Assembly: GCA_002398515.1 (NCBI GenBank)
Contig: DGZL01000166.1
Location: 12,885-68,340, forward strand
Direction of reading: 5' to 3'
Source of the DNA: Firmicutes bacterium UBA4981
GTDB taxonomy: Bacteria; Bacillota; SHA-98; UBA4971
Length of the DNA stretch: 55,456 nt
Shown here: piece by piece, positions 9,831 to 18,333 of the stretch
How the letters are laid out: each line of letters starts with the position of its first letter
How positions within the stretch are numbered: the first letter of the stretch is position 1
Program-made: the position numbers and the translations under genes
The notes under the pieces: generated by a model
Told to the model about the DNA's origin: nothing
The model's input: the letters and a program-made list of their open reading frames with translations, nothing else
The model's database searches: none

Positions 9831-10508
9831 GTGAGACAGGTGATAATAAGGGGAGAATTGCGGCACCAGACAGGCAAAGGCGCTGCGAGAAGAATGCGGG
9901 CAAGCCGCAGAGTGCCTGCTGTGGTCTATGGGAGAGGCGAAGAGACGACTATTATCTCCCTGGATGAGCGCGAATTCGAGAAAGCAATACAAGCCGGGCT
10001 TGGCGGAGGAACTCTAATCAAACTGGTTCTGTCTAAGGATACGGATACGAAAGACCCGAGCAAGATTGAGAAGACTGCAATTCTCAAGGAAGTACAGTCA
10101 GATGTCGTTCGTGGTAATGTGATCCACGTGGATTTTCAGGCTATATCTTTGGATGAAGCCATTACCACAAAAGTGCCGATAGTGCTCTTAGGTGAAGAGA
10201 ACAGGCCAAGCGACGGAGGCATTATGCAGCACATGATATGGGAGCTGGAAGTGCATGCCCTTCCTATGGATATCCCTGAACGCGTAGAGGTAGACGTTTC
10301 CAAGCTGGAGATCGGCGATTCTATTAAGGTAGGCGACCTTGGGCTCCCAGAGGATGTCCAGGTAAACACTGGGGAAGAAGAAGTAATCATCCTAGTCGCT
10401 GCTCCTGAGTTAGCGGTTGAAGAGGAAGCTGAGGCCGAGGATAGCGAATTGGCGGTTGAAGGGGCAGCTGAGGATCATGTCGCTACCGGAGGACATGCAA
10501 CAGAGTAG
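9831..10508 (+). CDS. ctc: 50S ribosomal protein L25 / general stress protein Ctc
   Basis: N-terminal L25 fold motifs (RHQTGKGAARRMRASRRVPAVVYG), an acidic C-terminal extension, and the conserved position between prs and pth. Confidence 0.85.
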   Translation: MRQVIIRGELRHQTGKGAARRMRASRRVPAVVYGRGEETTIISLDEREFEKAIQAGLGGGTLIKLVLSKDTDTKDPSKIEKTAILKEVQSDVVRGNVIHVDFQAISLDEAITTKVPIVLLGEENRPSDGGIMQHMIWELEVHALPMDIPERVEVDVSKLEIGDSIKVGDLGLPEDVQVNTGEEEVIILVAAPELAVEEEAEAEDSELAVEGAAEDHVATGGHATE

Positions 10509-10527
10509 AAGGGAATCCAATAGAGGC

Positions 10528-11085
10528 GTGAAGCTTGTAGTCGGGTTGGGGAATCCAGGCAGTCAATATGAGGGTTCTCGCCATAATGCCGGGTTTAGAG
10601 TAATGGATATATTATCCGCTCGGCATGGAATCCGTTTTGGAGAGTACAAGTTTTCATCTCTTGTAGGATATGGGAAGATAGCAGGGAACGATGTTGTTCT
10701 TGCCAAGCCTCTGACGTATATGAACCGTAGTGGTCTTGCAGTCAACGCCATGGTGACTTGGTACAACTTACACCCTGGCAACATGCTGGTTATCTTAGAT
10801 GATGTTGCGTTGGAACAAGGCAGACTAAGAATTCGCGCCAAAGGAAGCGACGGCGGACATAACGGGCTGAAATCCATTATCGACGTTGTAAAAACGGAAG
10901 AAATTCCCAGGCTTCGCATAGGTGTTGGAATGCCTAATCCTACTGTAGACATGAGTTGTCATGTGCTTGACTGGTTTGACAAGGAAGAGGTTCCCACTAT
11001 TTCAGAGGCCTTGCTGAGGGCAGCGGATGCTGTATCTGTTTGGTTAGAACACGGTATTGATCGAGTTATGAATGAATTTAACTAG
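10528..11085 (+). CDS. pth: Peptidyl-tRNA hydrolase
   Basis: VKLVVGLGNPGSQYEGSRHNAGF and GSDGGHNGLKSI motifs. An in-frame GTG at 10528 gives the usual length of about 185 aa. The ORF-track start 10417 overlaps ctc. Confidence 0.9.
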   Translation: MKLVVGLGNPGSQYEGSRHNAGFRVMDILSARHGIRFGEYKFSSLVGYGKIAGNDVVLAKPLTYMNRSGLAVNAMVTWYNLHPGNMLVILDDVALEQGRLRIRAKGSDGGHNGLKSIIDVVKTEEIPRLRIGVGMPNPTVDMSCHVLDWFDKEEVPTISEALLRAADAVSVWLEHGIDRVMNEFN

Positions 11086-11207
11086 TCAACGACAAGCTCA
11101 ATAATGTGGCCAAGCTCGGTAATCCATGAATTGGCTCAAGGTAAATTTGTCTCACATTTTTGATAGATGCTTATATGTGGTATTGCCATATGTAATGGTC
11201 AATATTT

Positions 11208-11227
11208 GAAGGGGCCGAAGCCCCTTC
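11208..11227. terminator. GC-rich hairpin between the convergent pth and SASP genes (intrinsic terminator)
   Basis: GAAGGGGC-cgaa-GCCCCTTC followed by TTTGATTTG on the + strand. Confidence 0.6.
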
Positions 11228-11264
11228 TTTGATTTGTCAGCTTACCGGATTCCACGTGCCGATC

Positions 11265-11462
11265 CTACTTCCTGAGCTGGCCTGACATGAGTTGCTCGGC
11301 TTTTTGAATTAGCCCACGGACTATTAGACCGGCTTCTCGAGTGGTGATGTTGCCGTAGTCGTACGATCCATTTTCAACACCGATTTTGTCAGCGAATCCT
11401 AGTTCTTTTGCGATTTCATACTTTACTTCATCCGAAACGATGCTGCGATTTCTCCGACTCAT
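11265..11462 (-). CDS. Alpha/beta-type small acid-soluble spore protein
   Basis: 65 aa. VKYEIAKELGF ... GNITTREAGLIVRGLIQKAEQ fits the alpha/beta SASP signature. Strong RBS GGGGTGGAG. Confidence 0.85.
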   Translation of the reverse strand: MSRRNRSIVSDEVKYEIAKELGFADKIGVENGSYDYGNITTREAGLIVRGLIQKAEQLMSGQLRK

Positions 11463-11479
11463 AGCTCCACCCCTATGAA

Positions 11480-11508
11480 TAGTATCTCGCAGGAGTCAGG
11501 TTGCATGA
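11480..11508 (-). promoter_or_regulatory. Possible forespore (sigma-G-like) promoter of the SASP gene
   Basis: The minus strand reads TCATG-17 nt-GATACTA, against the consensus GHATR-17/18-CATxxTA. One mismatch in each box. Confidence 0.3.
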
Positions 11509-11867
11509 AAGAGTTTTTTAGATTGAATGGTAACAGAATAAGGTTTGACCTGATATTTCCATGAAAGACTCCATGAATCTGCTAAGAGAGCCTTGATCAT
11601 GCCGGAATATGTTGGATTTGGTGAAAGAAGTGCCTCTTACATGGGAAAAATCTTCTCACTCCATTAATCTTCAATTTTCCGCCTATTTCCTCTTCCCAAT
11701 CAATACTGCTGCTAGATACAGTATCTTGCCACATTTGAATCTGAATATCAGTTGGCATTGGATTTGCATTGAATAGAGGTGACTTTATGTCTTTGGGTTG
11801 ATTTGCGTTTATTTGCAAGCTTAAGGAAACCTCAGGAGAAAGCTTCAGTCATGCGGAGGAAGTGGAT

Positions 11868-12227
11868 ATGAGAATTTCTTCAAGGGACGAGATGTTTGCC
11901 ATACTCTCTAAGGCCATGGATGGGCTGTCCCTTAGACAACAGGTAATCGCTAATAACATTGCCAACGTGGATACACCGGGCTTCAAAGCACAGGATGTGC
12001 GTTTCGAAGACGAGCTCGCGTCCGCGATAGGCCGTGGCAGACCGGGATCGGCTAAATCGGTAATCTGCAATTCCACGGGCAAGACCAGACTGGATGGAAA
12101 CAGCGTGGATATTGATATGGAAACTGCCAAAATGGCTGAAACCACAGTCCTTTATGCTGCTATGTCCAGATTGATTTCTGAGAGGTTCTCCCTGCTTAGA
12201 ACGGTAATAACTGAAGGGAGGCGTTAG
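11868..12227 (+). CDS. flgB: Flagellar basal-body rod protein FlgB
   Basis: LSLRQQVIANNIANVDTPGFK rod-protein N-terminal motif. ATG 11868 lies 8 nt after GGAGG. The ORF-track GTG 11862 is too close to the RBS. Confidence 0.9.
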   Translation: MRISSRDEMFAILSKAMDGLSLRQQVIANNIANVDTPGFKAQDVRFEDELASAIGRGRPGSAKSVICNSTGKTRLDGNSVDIDMETAKMAETTVLYAAMSRLISERFSLLRTVITEGRR

Positions 12228-12671
12228 TTGATGGGCGTCTTTTCAGCCCTCAAAACGAGTGCTACCGGACTTACTGCACAGCGCCTGAGAATGAGTGTTA
12301 TCGCAAATAACATTGCAAACATCACTACTACGCGAACCCCTGACAGTAGGCCATATTGCAGGCAATTTGCAGTATTTGCGCCTATCTTAGCTAAGAATAC
12401 GCTTAAAAATACAACGGAAATGAGCGCTTTGGCGCCTGGCCGCGGCGTAGCTGTAGTCGGAATAGTAGAGGATACATTACCTCCACGTCTTGTTTACGAA
12501 CCCGGCCATCCTGACGCAAATGAAGAAGGCTATGTAGCTTTTCCAAATATTGATCCCGTGACGGAAATGGTTGACATGATCTCTGCTACGAGGGCATACG
12601 AGGCTAATGTAACTGCCATCAACGCTGCAAAAACCATGGCTATGCGGGCACTGGAAATAGGCCGCGGCTAA
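12228..12671 (+). CDS. flgC: Flagellar basal-body rod protein FlgC
   Basis: GLTAQRLRMSVIANNIANITTTRT and C-terminal ATRAYEANVTAINAAKTM. The start is probably ATG 12231. Confidence 0.92.
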   Translation: MMGVFSALKTSATGLTAQRLRMSVIANNIANITTTRTPDSRPYCRQFAVFAPILAKNTLKNTTEMSALAPGRGVAVVGIVEDTLPPRLVYEPGHPDANEEGYVAFPNIDPVTEMVDMISATRAYEANVTAINAAKTMAMRALEIGRG

Positions 12672-12746
12672 TTAGTGGTAATAGAGTGACTAAACCCCAA
12701 GAACAGGTTTCAAAAATGGCAATGAAGGAGTTGTAGGAATAACACC

Positions 12747-13070
12747 ATGGATATGCGACTTACCCGTGGTATTCCCACTATGAGCACGGAAATAAAGAGA
12801 GTAGGTTCACCGCAGGCAATAGCGCCTGAAGCAGGGGCCGGAAAGACGGTGGAGCAGTTCAAAGAAATGCTCTATGACGCTATTGACAATGTAAGCGACT
12901 TGCAAAGAAACGCAGATGAGCTAATGACGAAATTGGCTACAGGCGAAGCAGAAGACCTGCACCAGGTTATGATCGCTGTCGAGAAAGTGAATTTAGCCCT
13001 TCAGCTGACTCTTCAAATCAGAAATAAGATGCTTGAAGCATATCAGGAGATCATGAGGATGCAGGTGTAA
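12747..13070 (+). CDS. fliE: Flagellar hook-basal body complex protein FliE
   Basis: 107 aa. C-terminal LHQVMIAVEKVNLALQLTLQIRNKMLEAYQEIMRMQV is the FliE signature. Confidence 0.88.
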   Translation: MDMRLTRGIPTMSTEIKRVGSPQAIAPEAGAGKTVEQFKEMLYDAIDNVSDLQRNADELMTKLATGEAEDLHQVMIAVEKVNLALQLTLQIRNKMLEAYQEIMRMQV

Positions 13071-13073
13071 GTC

Positions 13074-14693
13074 ATGGCCACTGTCGCAGAAGATGTCACT
13101 AGGCAAGCGCGGTCCCTTTGGGACCGATTAGACCGCCGGCAGATAATAACACTAATTGCAGTAGTAATAGTGGGTGTTTCCATCATACTCTTTTTCTTGG
13201 TCAGGCCACGGAGAGGAGACATGGTCCTTCTCTATACAGATTTGTCTGTGACGGATGCTGCAGAGATTACAGAAACCCTTAAGGAAATGCAAATTCCTTA
13301 TGAGCTTTCCCAAGGTGCAACGGCAATTCTGGTTCCATCACACAACTTATATGAAGCAAGAATGAACTTGGCTCGAGAGGGTCTGCCCAGGGACAGCACT
13401 GTCGGGTTTGAAATCTTCGACAAGACAACTTTCGGGGCCACGGATTTCACCCAAAAAATGAACTACAGGCGAGCTCTTCAAGGAGAATTAACCCGCACCA
13501 TACTACAGCTGAAAGAAATTGAAGCTACAAGAGTGCACATAGCCATTCCTGAGCCTGAGCTATATACGGACAGAGAGAAACCATCAAGCGCATCCGTGCT
13601 TGTGAAGCTAAGAGCCGGCTCTTGCCTGACAAGAGGGCAAGTTGAGGGGATTGTCAGGCTTGTTGCTTCAAGCGTTGAAGGGCTTAGCGCGAATAATATC
13701 ACAATAGTGGACGTTGAGGGCAATACCCTCTTCTCAAAAGATGATGGTTCCGAGATGGGTTCATCCGGGCTACTTACCTTGACTCAGCTGGAAGCAAAGA
13801 GACTCTATGAAAAAGACATGGAGAGAAGTATTGAAGGCATGCTGACTCAGGTTCTCGGCCCGCGGAAAGTTGTGGTAAGGGTTAACGCAGATATTGATTT
13901 TGACCTCACGGAACAGAACACTGAGACATTTCAACCACTGCCTTCAGGCTACGGAGTCATCAGAGAAGAGGCGCGCATCCGTGATGCAAAGACCGGAACA
14001 TCTTCCGCGTCGCCCGGGGGCATACCCGGAACAGCGTCAAATGTTGACATTGGGACTTTGCCGGCTGTGGATGAAGATTTGACAACCTTAGGATATCGCC
14101 TGGCTGACAGCAACGAAGCTGCAATATCCTCAGAAGAGAGAATTGAAGAAACGACGAAATATGAGATCTCTCGAGTTGTGGAGCACACAGTCAAGGCACC
14201 CGGTGTTGTAACAGGACTGTCTGTTGCTGCTATTGTAGCAGCTCCCGTTGCTGAAGACCAGCTGGACGCAATCAGACGCTCTATTGGAGCAGCGGTAGGG
14301 GTGAACCTTGACCGAGGAGATACAGTTATTGTTGAAGCAATGGGGTTTGCAGTCGGGGAAGAAGAAGAGGGGCTGATTTCTGCAGTAGATGAATCGCAGG
14401 AGCTGAAGAACTCCGGCGAGACGCTAATGAGAAGTCTCAAATATGTGATACCTGCATTAATTGCTTTATCTATCGTAGTGGTTGCTCTAATCGTCTTGGC
14501 TTCGAGGCGGGCCCGACGCAAAAATGAGAAAGCTGAAGATGCATTGAAGCAAGCCATGGCGACTCTGGCAGCTGTTGAGGAAAGCGAAGACGGGGGGAGG
14601 TCTGCTCAAGATGAAACGCCGAACCGTCCTTCCATTAATCCTGAGGTGGCGGCCAGGATAATCAACGCCTGGCTCAGTGAAAACAGAGGATGA
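13074..14693 (+). CDS. fliF: Flagellar M-ring protein FliF
   Basis: 539 aa. N- and C-terminal TM segments. YscJ/FliF-type region (MNYRRALQGELTRTI, ATRVHIAIPE). Confidence 0.92.
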   Translation: MATVAEDVTRQARSLWDRLDRRQIITLIAVVIVGVSIILFFLVRPRRGDMVLLYTDLSVTDAAEITETLKEMQIPYELSQGATAILVPSHNLYEARMNLAREGLPRDSTVGFEIFDKTTFGATDFTQKMNYRRALQGELTRTILQLKEIEATRVHIAIPEPELYTDREKPSSASVLVKLRAGSCLTRGQVEGIVRLVASSVEGLSANNITIVDVEGNTLFSKDDGSEMGSSGLLTLTQLEAKRLYEKDMERSIEGMLTQVLGPRKVVVRVNADIDFDLTEQNTETFQPLPSGYGVIREEARIRDAKTGTSSASPGGIPGTASNVDIGTLPAVDEDLTTLGYRLADSNEAAISSEERIEETTKYEISRVVEHTVKAPGVVTGLSVAAIVAAPVAEDQLDAIRRSIGAAVGVNLDRGDTVIVEAMGFAVGEEEEGLISAVDESQELKNSGETLMRSLKYVIPALIALSIVVVALIVLASRRARRKNEKAEDALKQAMATLAAVEESEDGGRSAQDETPNRPSINPEVAARIINAWLSENRG

Positions 14694-14699
14694 TTTCAA

Positions 14700-15707
14700 A
14701 TGGCTACTTATTCACAACTGAACGGACGACAAAGAGCTGCCATAACAGTTGTTGCTTTAGGCGCTCGAAGAGCATCTGAGATTTTTCAATATCTCGACGA
14801 GCGAAGAATAGAGCAGCTTACTATGGAGATTGCCGGTCTCGGCACAATACCTCCGGATCTCAAGGAACAAGCCCTTGATGAGTTTTACAATGAATACGAA
14901 TCTGAGGGTTATCTGTCAGGCGACCTAGATTATGTTCGGCAAGTGTTGGATCGTGCGCTCGGCCGTCCCCGCGCAACGCAGATAGTTGAAAAAATCGCTG
15001 CTTTCCTTCAAGAAAGACCCTTTAGTTTTGCAGGAGAAATCGACGCAGCTCAACTTACCAGTTTCATTGAAAATGAGCATCCGCAAACCATAGCTCTTGT
15101 ACTTGCCCACTTACATATAGACCAGGCAGCATCCGTATTATCTCTCTTGCCTAAGGAAGTTCAAATTGAGGTGGCCAGGAGGCTTGCGGAAATGGATAGG
15201 ACTTCCCCCGAGGTCGTGCAGGAAGTCGAAAAGGTTCTTAGGAACAGACTTCTTTCTATTGGGAGACAAGATTACACAGCAGCCGGCGGCATTCCGGCTC
15301 TCGTAGATATCTTAAATCGGGTAGACCGAGCAACTGAAAAGGCTCTCTTAGAAGATTTGGAAAAGCAAGATCCTGCGCTTGCAGAAGAAGTGAAAAAACT
15401 CATGTTCGTATTTGAAGACATTATGTTCCTAGATGATAGGTCAATCCAGACTGTCCTTAAGGAAGTTGATATGAAGGATCTTGCGTTGGCTCTAAAAGCT
15501 GCAAGTGAAGCAGTAACGAAGCGAATTGTAAGTAATATGTCAGAACGCGCTGCAGAGATGCTGAGAGAGGATATAGAATTCATGGGGCCTGTGAGACTGC
15601 GGATAGTAGAAGATGCTCAGCAACGGATTGTCAATATCATACGCGGACTGGACGATTCCGGGGAGATTGCAATTTCCCGAGGGAAGGAGGACGAGATCCT
15701 TGTCTAG
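14700..15707 (+). CDS. fliG: Flagellar motor switch protein FliG
   Basis: 335 aa. GRQRAAITVVALG, EHPQTIALVLAHL, MFVFEDI and the C-terminal torque-helix region. Confidence 0.93.
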   Translation: MATYSQLNGRQRAAITVVALGARRASEIFQYLDERRIEQLTMEIAGLGTIPPDLKEQALDEFYNEYESEGYLSGDLDYVRQVLDRALGRPRATQIVEKIAAFLQERPFSFAGEIDAAQLTSFIENEHPQTIALVLAHLHIDQAASVLSLLPKEVQIEVARRLAEMDRTSPEVVQEVEKVLRNRLLSIGRQDYTAAGGIPALVDILNRVDRATEKALLEDLEKQDPALAEEVKKLMFVFEDIMFLDDRSIQTVLKEVDMKDLALALKAASEAVTKRIVSNMSERAAEMLREDIEFMGPVRLRIVEDAQQRIVNIIRGLDDSGEIAISRGKEDEILV

Positions 15708-16467
15708 GATTATCAAGGCAGATCAAGTAGAGAAAAACCCCCATCTTGTTTCAAATGTAATCCTCGATACAGTCCTCGTTAGTCTGCCTGATCCGGATTG
15801 CCACAGGTCTACAGTGACAGACCGGGAGTCAACTTACCTATATGAACACGGATATTCTTCAATAGAAGAGTTCGAGCGGTCTATTTCCCAACGGCAGGCC
15901 AAGATAGAGGAAGATATGTTGCTGGCTGAGGCCATGTTGTCTGAGGCGGAAGAGAAAGGTCAAAAGATCTATGAAGAAGCATACACGAAGGGATTTCAGC
16001 ATGGGCAGTCTGACGCCGAGGCTAAAGTGCTGGAAGAGACGGAGACGTTACTTGACTACCTTAGAGACTTAGGACAAGCCATCTCTTTATCTCAAGAGAA
16101 AGTCATCATGTCTGCTGAAGAAAGTATAGGGAAGCTTGCCTTAGCGGTTGCAGGTAAGCTTATCAGGCGCGAGATTCATGCAGACGAATCGGTAGTCGAA
16201 GACATAGTTCGCGAATCTCTTGAGGCTGTCAAAAGCGGCAATTCAATCAAGCTGAAAGTAAATGCACGAGATATAGACAGGATACGAGACTGCAAGGACA
16301 TACTTCTCCAGGCCGCAGATAACATCCCCGATTTCGAAATTGTGGAAGATCCCAGGATAGAGCAGGGAGGATGCATTATCGAGACTGACTTCGGTATTGT
16401 AGATGCAAGGATAGATTCACAATTGCAGGAGATAGGGAGGGCTTTCTTTGGTAATACGCACACCTGA
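15700..16467 (+). CDS. fliH: Flagellar assembly protein FliH
   Basis: TTG 15700 lies 9 nt after GGGAAGGAGG and overlaps the fliG stop. Charged coiled-coil centre, and C-terminal GGCIIETDFGIVDARIDSQL typical of FliH. Sits between fliG and fliI. Confidence 0.8.
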   Translation: MSRIIKADQVEKNPHLVSNVILDTVLVSLPDPDCHRSTVTDRESTYLYEHGYSSIEEFERSISQRQAKIEEDMLLAEAMLSEAEEKGQKIYEEAYTKGFQHGQSDAEAKVLEETETLLDYLRDLGQAISLSQEKVIMSAEESIGKLALAVAGKLIRREIHADESVVEDIVRESLEAVKSGNSIKLKVNARDIDRIRDCKDILLQAADNIPDFEIVEDPRIEQGGCIIETDFGIVDARIDSQLQEIGRAFFGNTHT

Positions 16468-17857
16468 TGAAACAGAGAGAGCTCTATACTCAAATATCGA
16501 AGGGGCTGAATCAACCGGTATTTCCAAGTTCTTCGATGCCCTCAGGACATGCCGGCCGTTTCGTATCAGAGGCCGTGTTGTCAAGGTCGTAGGCCTTGTA
16601 ATTGAAGCCATTGGGCCGCCTGCTCATATTGGTGAATTGTGTTACATACATACATGGAACCGCATGTCCCCGATTGAGGCGGAGGTTGTAGGTTTTCACG
16701 AAGGCAAGACGCTGCTCATGGCGCTTGACGATATGAGTGGTATAGAACCGGGAAGTGAAGTAGTAAGCAGCGGTAGGGTGCCCACAGCGTCTGTGGGAGA
16801 GGCGCTTTTAGGCAGAGTAATCGATGGTCTGGGAAGGCCTATGGATAGCGGTGAACCAATCCTCGGAGGAGAATGCTATCCGCTTTTTAACGCTCCGCCC
16901 AGCCCGTTGGAGCGTATGAGGATTGCTGAGCCTTTGGCGCTCGGTGTGAGGGCGGTGGATTCCACAACAACATGTGGCAAAGGGCAAAGGCTGGGGATTT
17001 TCTCAGGGAGCGGGGTCGGCAAGAGCACGCTCCTAGGTATGTTTGCCAGAAACACCAATGCAGATGTCAATGTTATTGCGCTAATCGGTGAACGCGGTCG
17101 TGAGGTCAGAGAGTTTGTGGAAAAAGATTTGGGGCCTGATGGCCTAAAGAGATCGGTAGTTGTAGTAGCTACCTCGGATCAAGCAGCCATTGTCCGTCTC
17201 AGAGGTGCTTATTTGGCAACGACTATTGCAGAATATTTTAGGGACGCCGGGTGTGATGTCTTGCTGATGATGGATTCACTTACACGTTTTGCCATGGCTC
17301 AGCGGGAAATCGGACTTGCAATCGGAGAGCCCCCTACCACTCGCGGGTATACACCGTCAGTGTTTTCTGCCATGCCTAAACTCCTTGAACGTGCCGGGAA
17401 TTCCGGTTCAGGCAGTATTACCGGACTTTATACGGTTTTAGTGGAAGCTGACGACATGAACGAACCTATAAGCGACGCTGCTCGAAGTATCTTAGATGGC
17501 CACATTGTGCTATCTCGGGAACTCGCTATGGCAAATCATTATCCTGCTATCGATGTTCTAGCGAGCATAAGCAGGGTAATGATAGATGTCGTGGATGAGG
17601 GGCATCTGGATGCTGCTTCAAAGCTCAGAGAGGCTTTGGGTACTTATAAGGAGGCTTCTGATCTGATAAACATCGGGGCGTATGTCCCTGGCAGCAATCT
17701 AAAGATAGATTGGGCACGGTCAATGATGGACGGCATTAACCGGTTTCTGAGGCAAGACATTAACGAAACAGCTGATTACTCCTGTACCGTTGAGAGCCTT
17801 AAGGGCTTATTCCAAGGCTCGTTACAGCAGCATGGGGAAGCTGCGGATGATCTATGA
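16448..17857 (+). CDS. fliI: Flagellum-specific ATP synthase FliI
   Basis: Walker A GSGVGKSTLLG, Walker B VLLMMDSLTRFA, F1/T3SS ATPase core. TTG start 5-6 nt after GGGAGGG. Confidence 0.93.
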   Translation: MVIRTPDETERALYSNIEGAESTGISKFFDALRTCRPFRIRGRVVKVVGLVIEAIGPPAHIGELCYIHTWNRMSPIEAEVVGFHEGKTLLMALDDMSGIEPGSEVVSSGRVPTASVGEALLGRVIDGLGRPMDSGEPILGGECYPLFNAPPSPLERMRIAEPLALGVRAVDSTTTCGKGQRLGIFSGSGVGKSTLLGMFARNTNADVNVIALIGERGREVREFVEKDLGPDGLKRSVVVVATSDQAAIVRLRGAYLATTIAEYFRDAGCDVLLMMDSLTRFAMAQREIGLAIGEPPTTRGYTPSVFSAMPKLLERAGNSGSGSITGLYTVLVEADDMNEPISDAARSILDGHIVLSRELAMANHYPAIDVLASISRVMIDVVDEGHLDAASKLREALGTYKEASDLINIGAYVPGSNLKIDWARSMMDGINRFLRQDINETADYSCTVESLKGLFQGSLQQHGEAADDL

Positions 17858-18333
17858 AGAAGTTTGAATTTCGCCTGGAGAAGTTAATGGAAGTCAGAAG
17901 ACAGGCAGAGAAGGTAAGAAGGCAAAGGTTAGCTGATATCCAACGTGATATTGCGAGAGAACTGGCAATGCTTGAAAGACTGAACGGACTCAAGGACGAT
18001 GCGTTGGATGAACTCAGGATGCGCGGCCTTCAAGAAGCTCTGGATATCCCAGGCGTTGTTGACGGCATCTGCCATTTACAGGTGATTTCTAAGCAAATTG
18101 GAGCGCAGAAGACTGTCATTGATACTCTTAGGCGTGAGGAAGCCCATAGAAGGCAAGAGGTAATTACTGCGAGGCGAGACCGAAAAGTAGCGGAGAATCT
18201 AAGAAACCAGGCCTATGCCGAGTATTTGCAGGAAAGAGCCCGTCTTGAGCAGAGATTCCTTGATGAGATAGGCCTGGTGCAGTACATCAAGGGAGGAGGT
18301 GATGAGATAAGTGAAAGGAGCGTCTCTGGTTAA
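17854..18333 (+). CDS. fliJ: Flagellar export chaperone/stalk protein FliJ
   Basis: 159 aa, highly charged coiled coil starting MKKFEFRLEKLMEVRR. ATGA overlap with fliI. Confidence 0.8.
   Translation: MKKFEFRLEKLMEVRRQAEKVRRQRLADIQRDIARELAMLERLNGLKDDALDELRMRGLQEALDIPGVVDGICHLQVISKQIGAQKTVIDTLRREEAHRRQEVITARRDRKVAENLRNQAYAEYLQERARLEQRFLDEIGLVQYIKGGGDEISERSVSG

Noticed and set aside
11597-11818. 73-aa - strand ORF in the gap upstream of flgB
   Set aside because: It has a TTG start with no Shine-Dalgarno sequence and no recognisable family, and it sits in AT-rich probable regulatory DNA. It is treated as non-coding.
11463-11861. c-di-GMP (GEMM-type) riboswitch or invertible flagellar switch upstream of flgB
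   Set aside because: I looked for the conserved GGGACGCAAAGCC-like core and for long flanking inverted repeats and found neither. Only a formal covariance-model scan could settle this.
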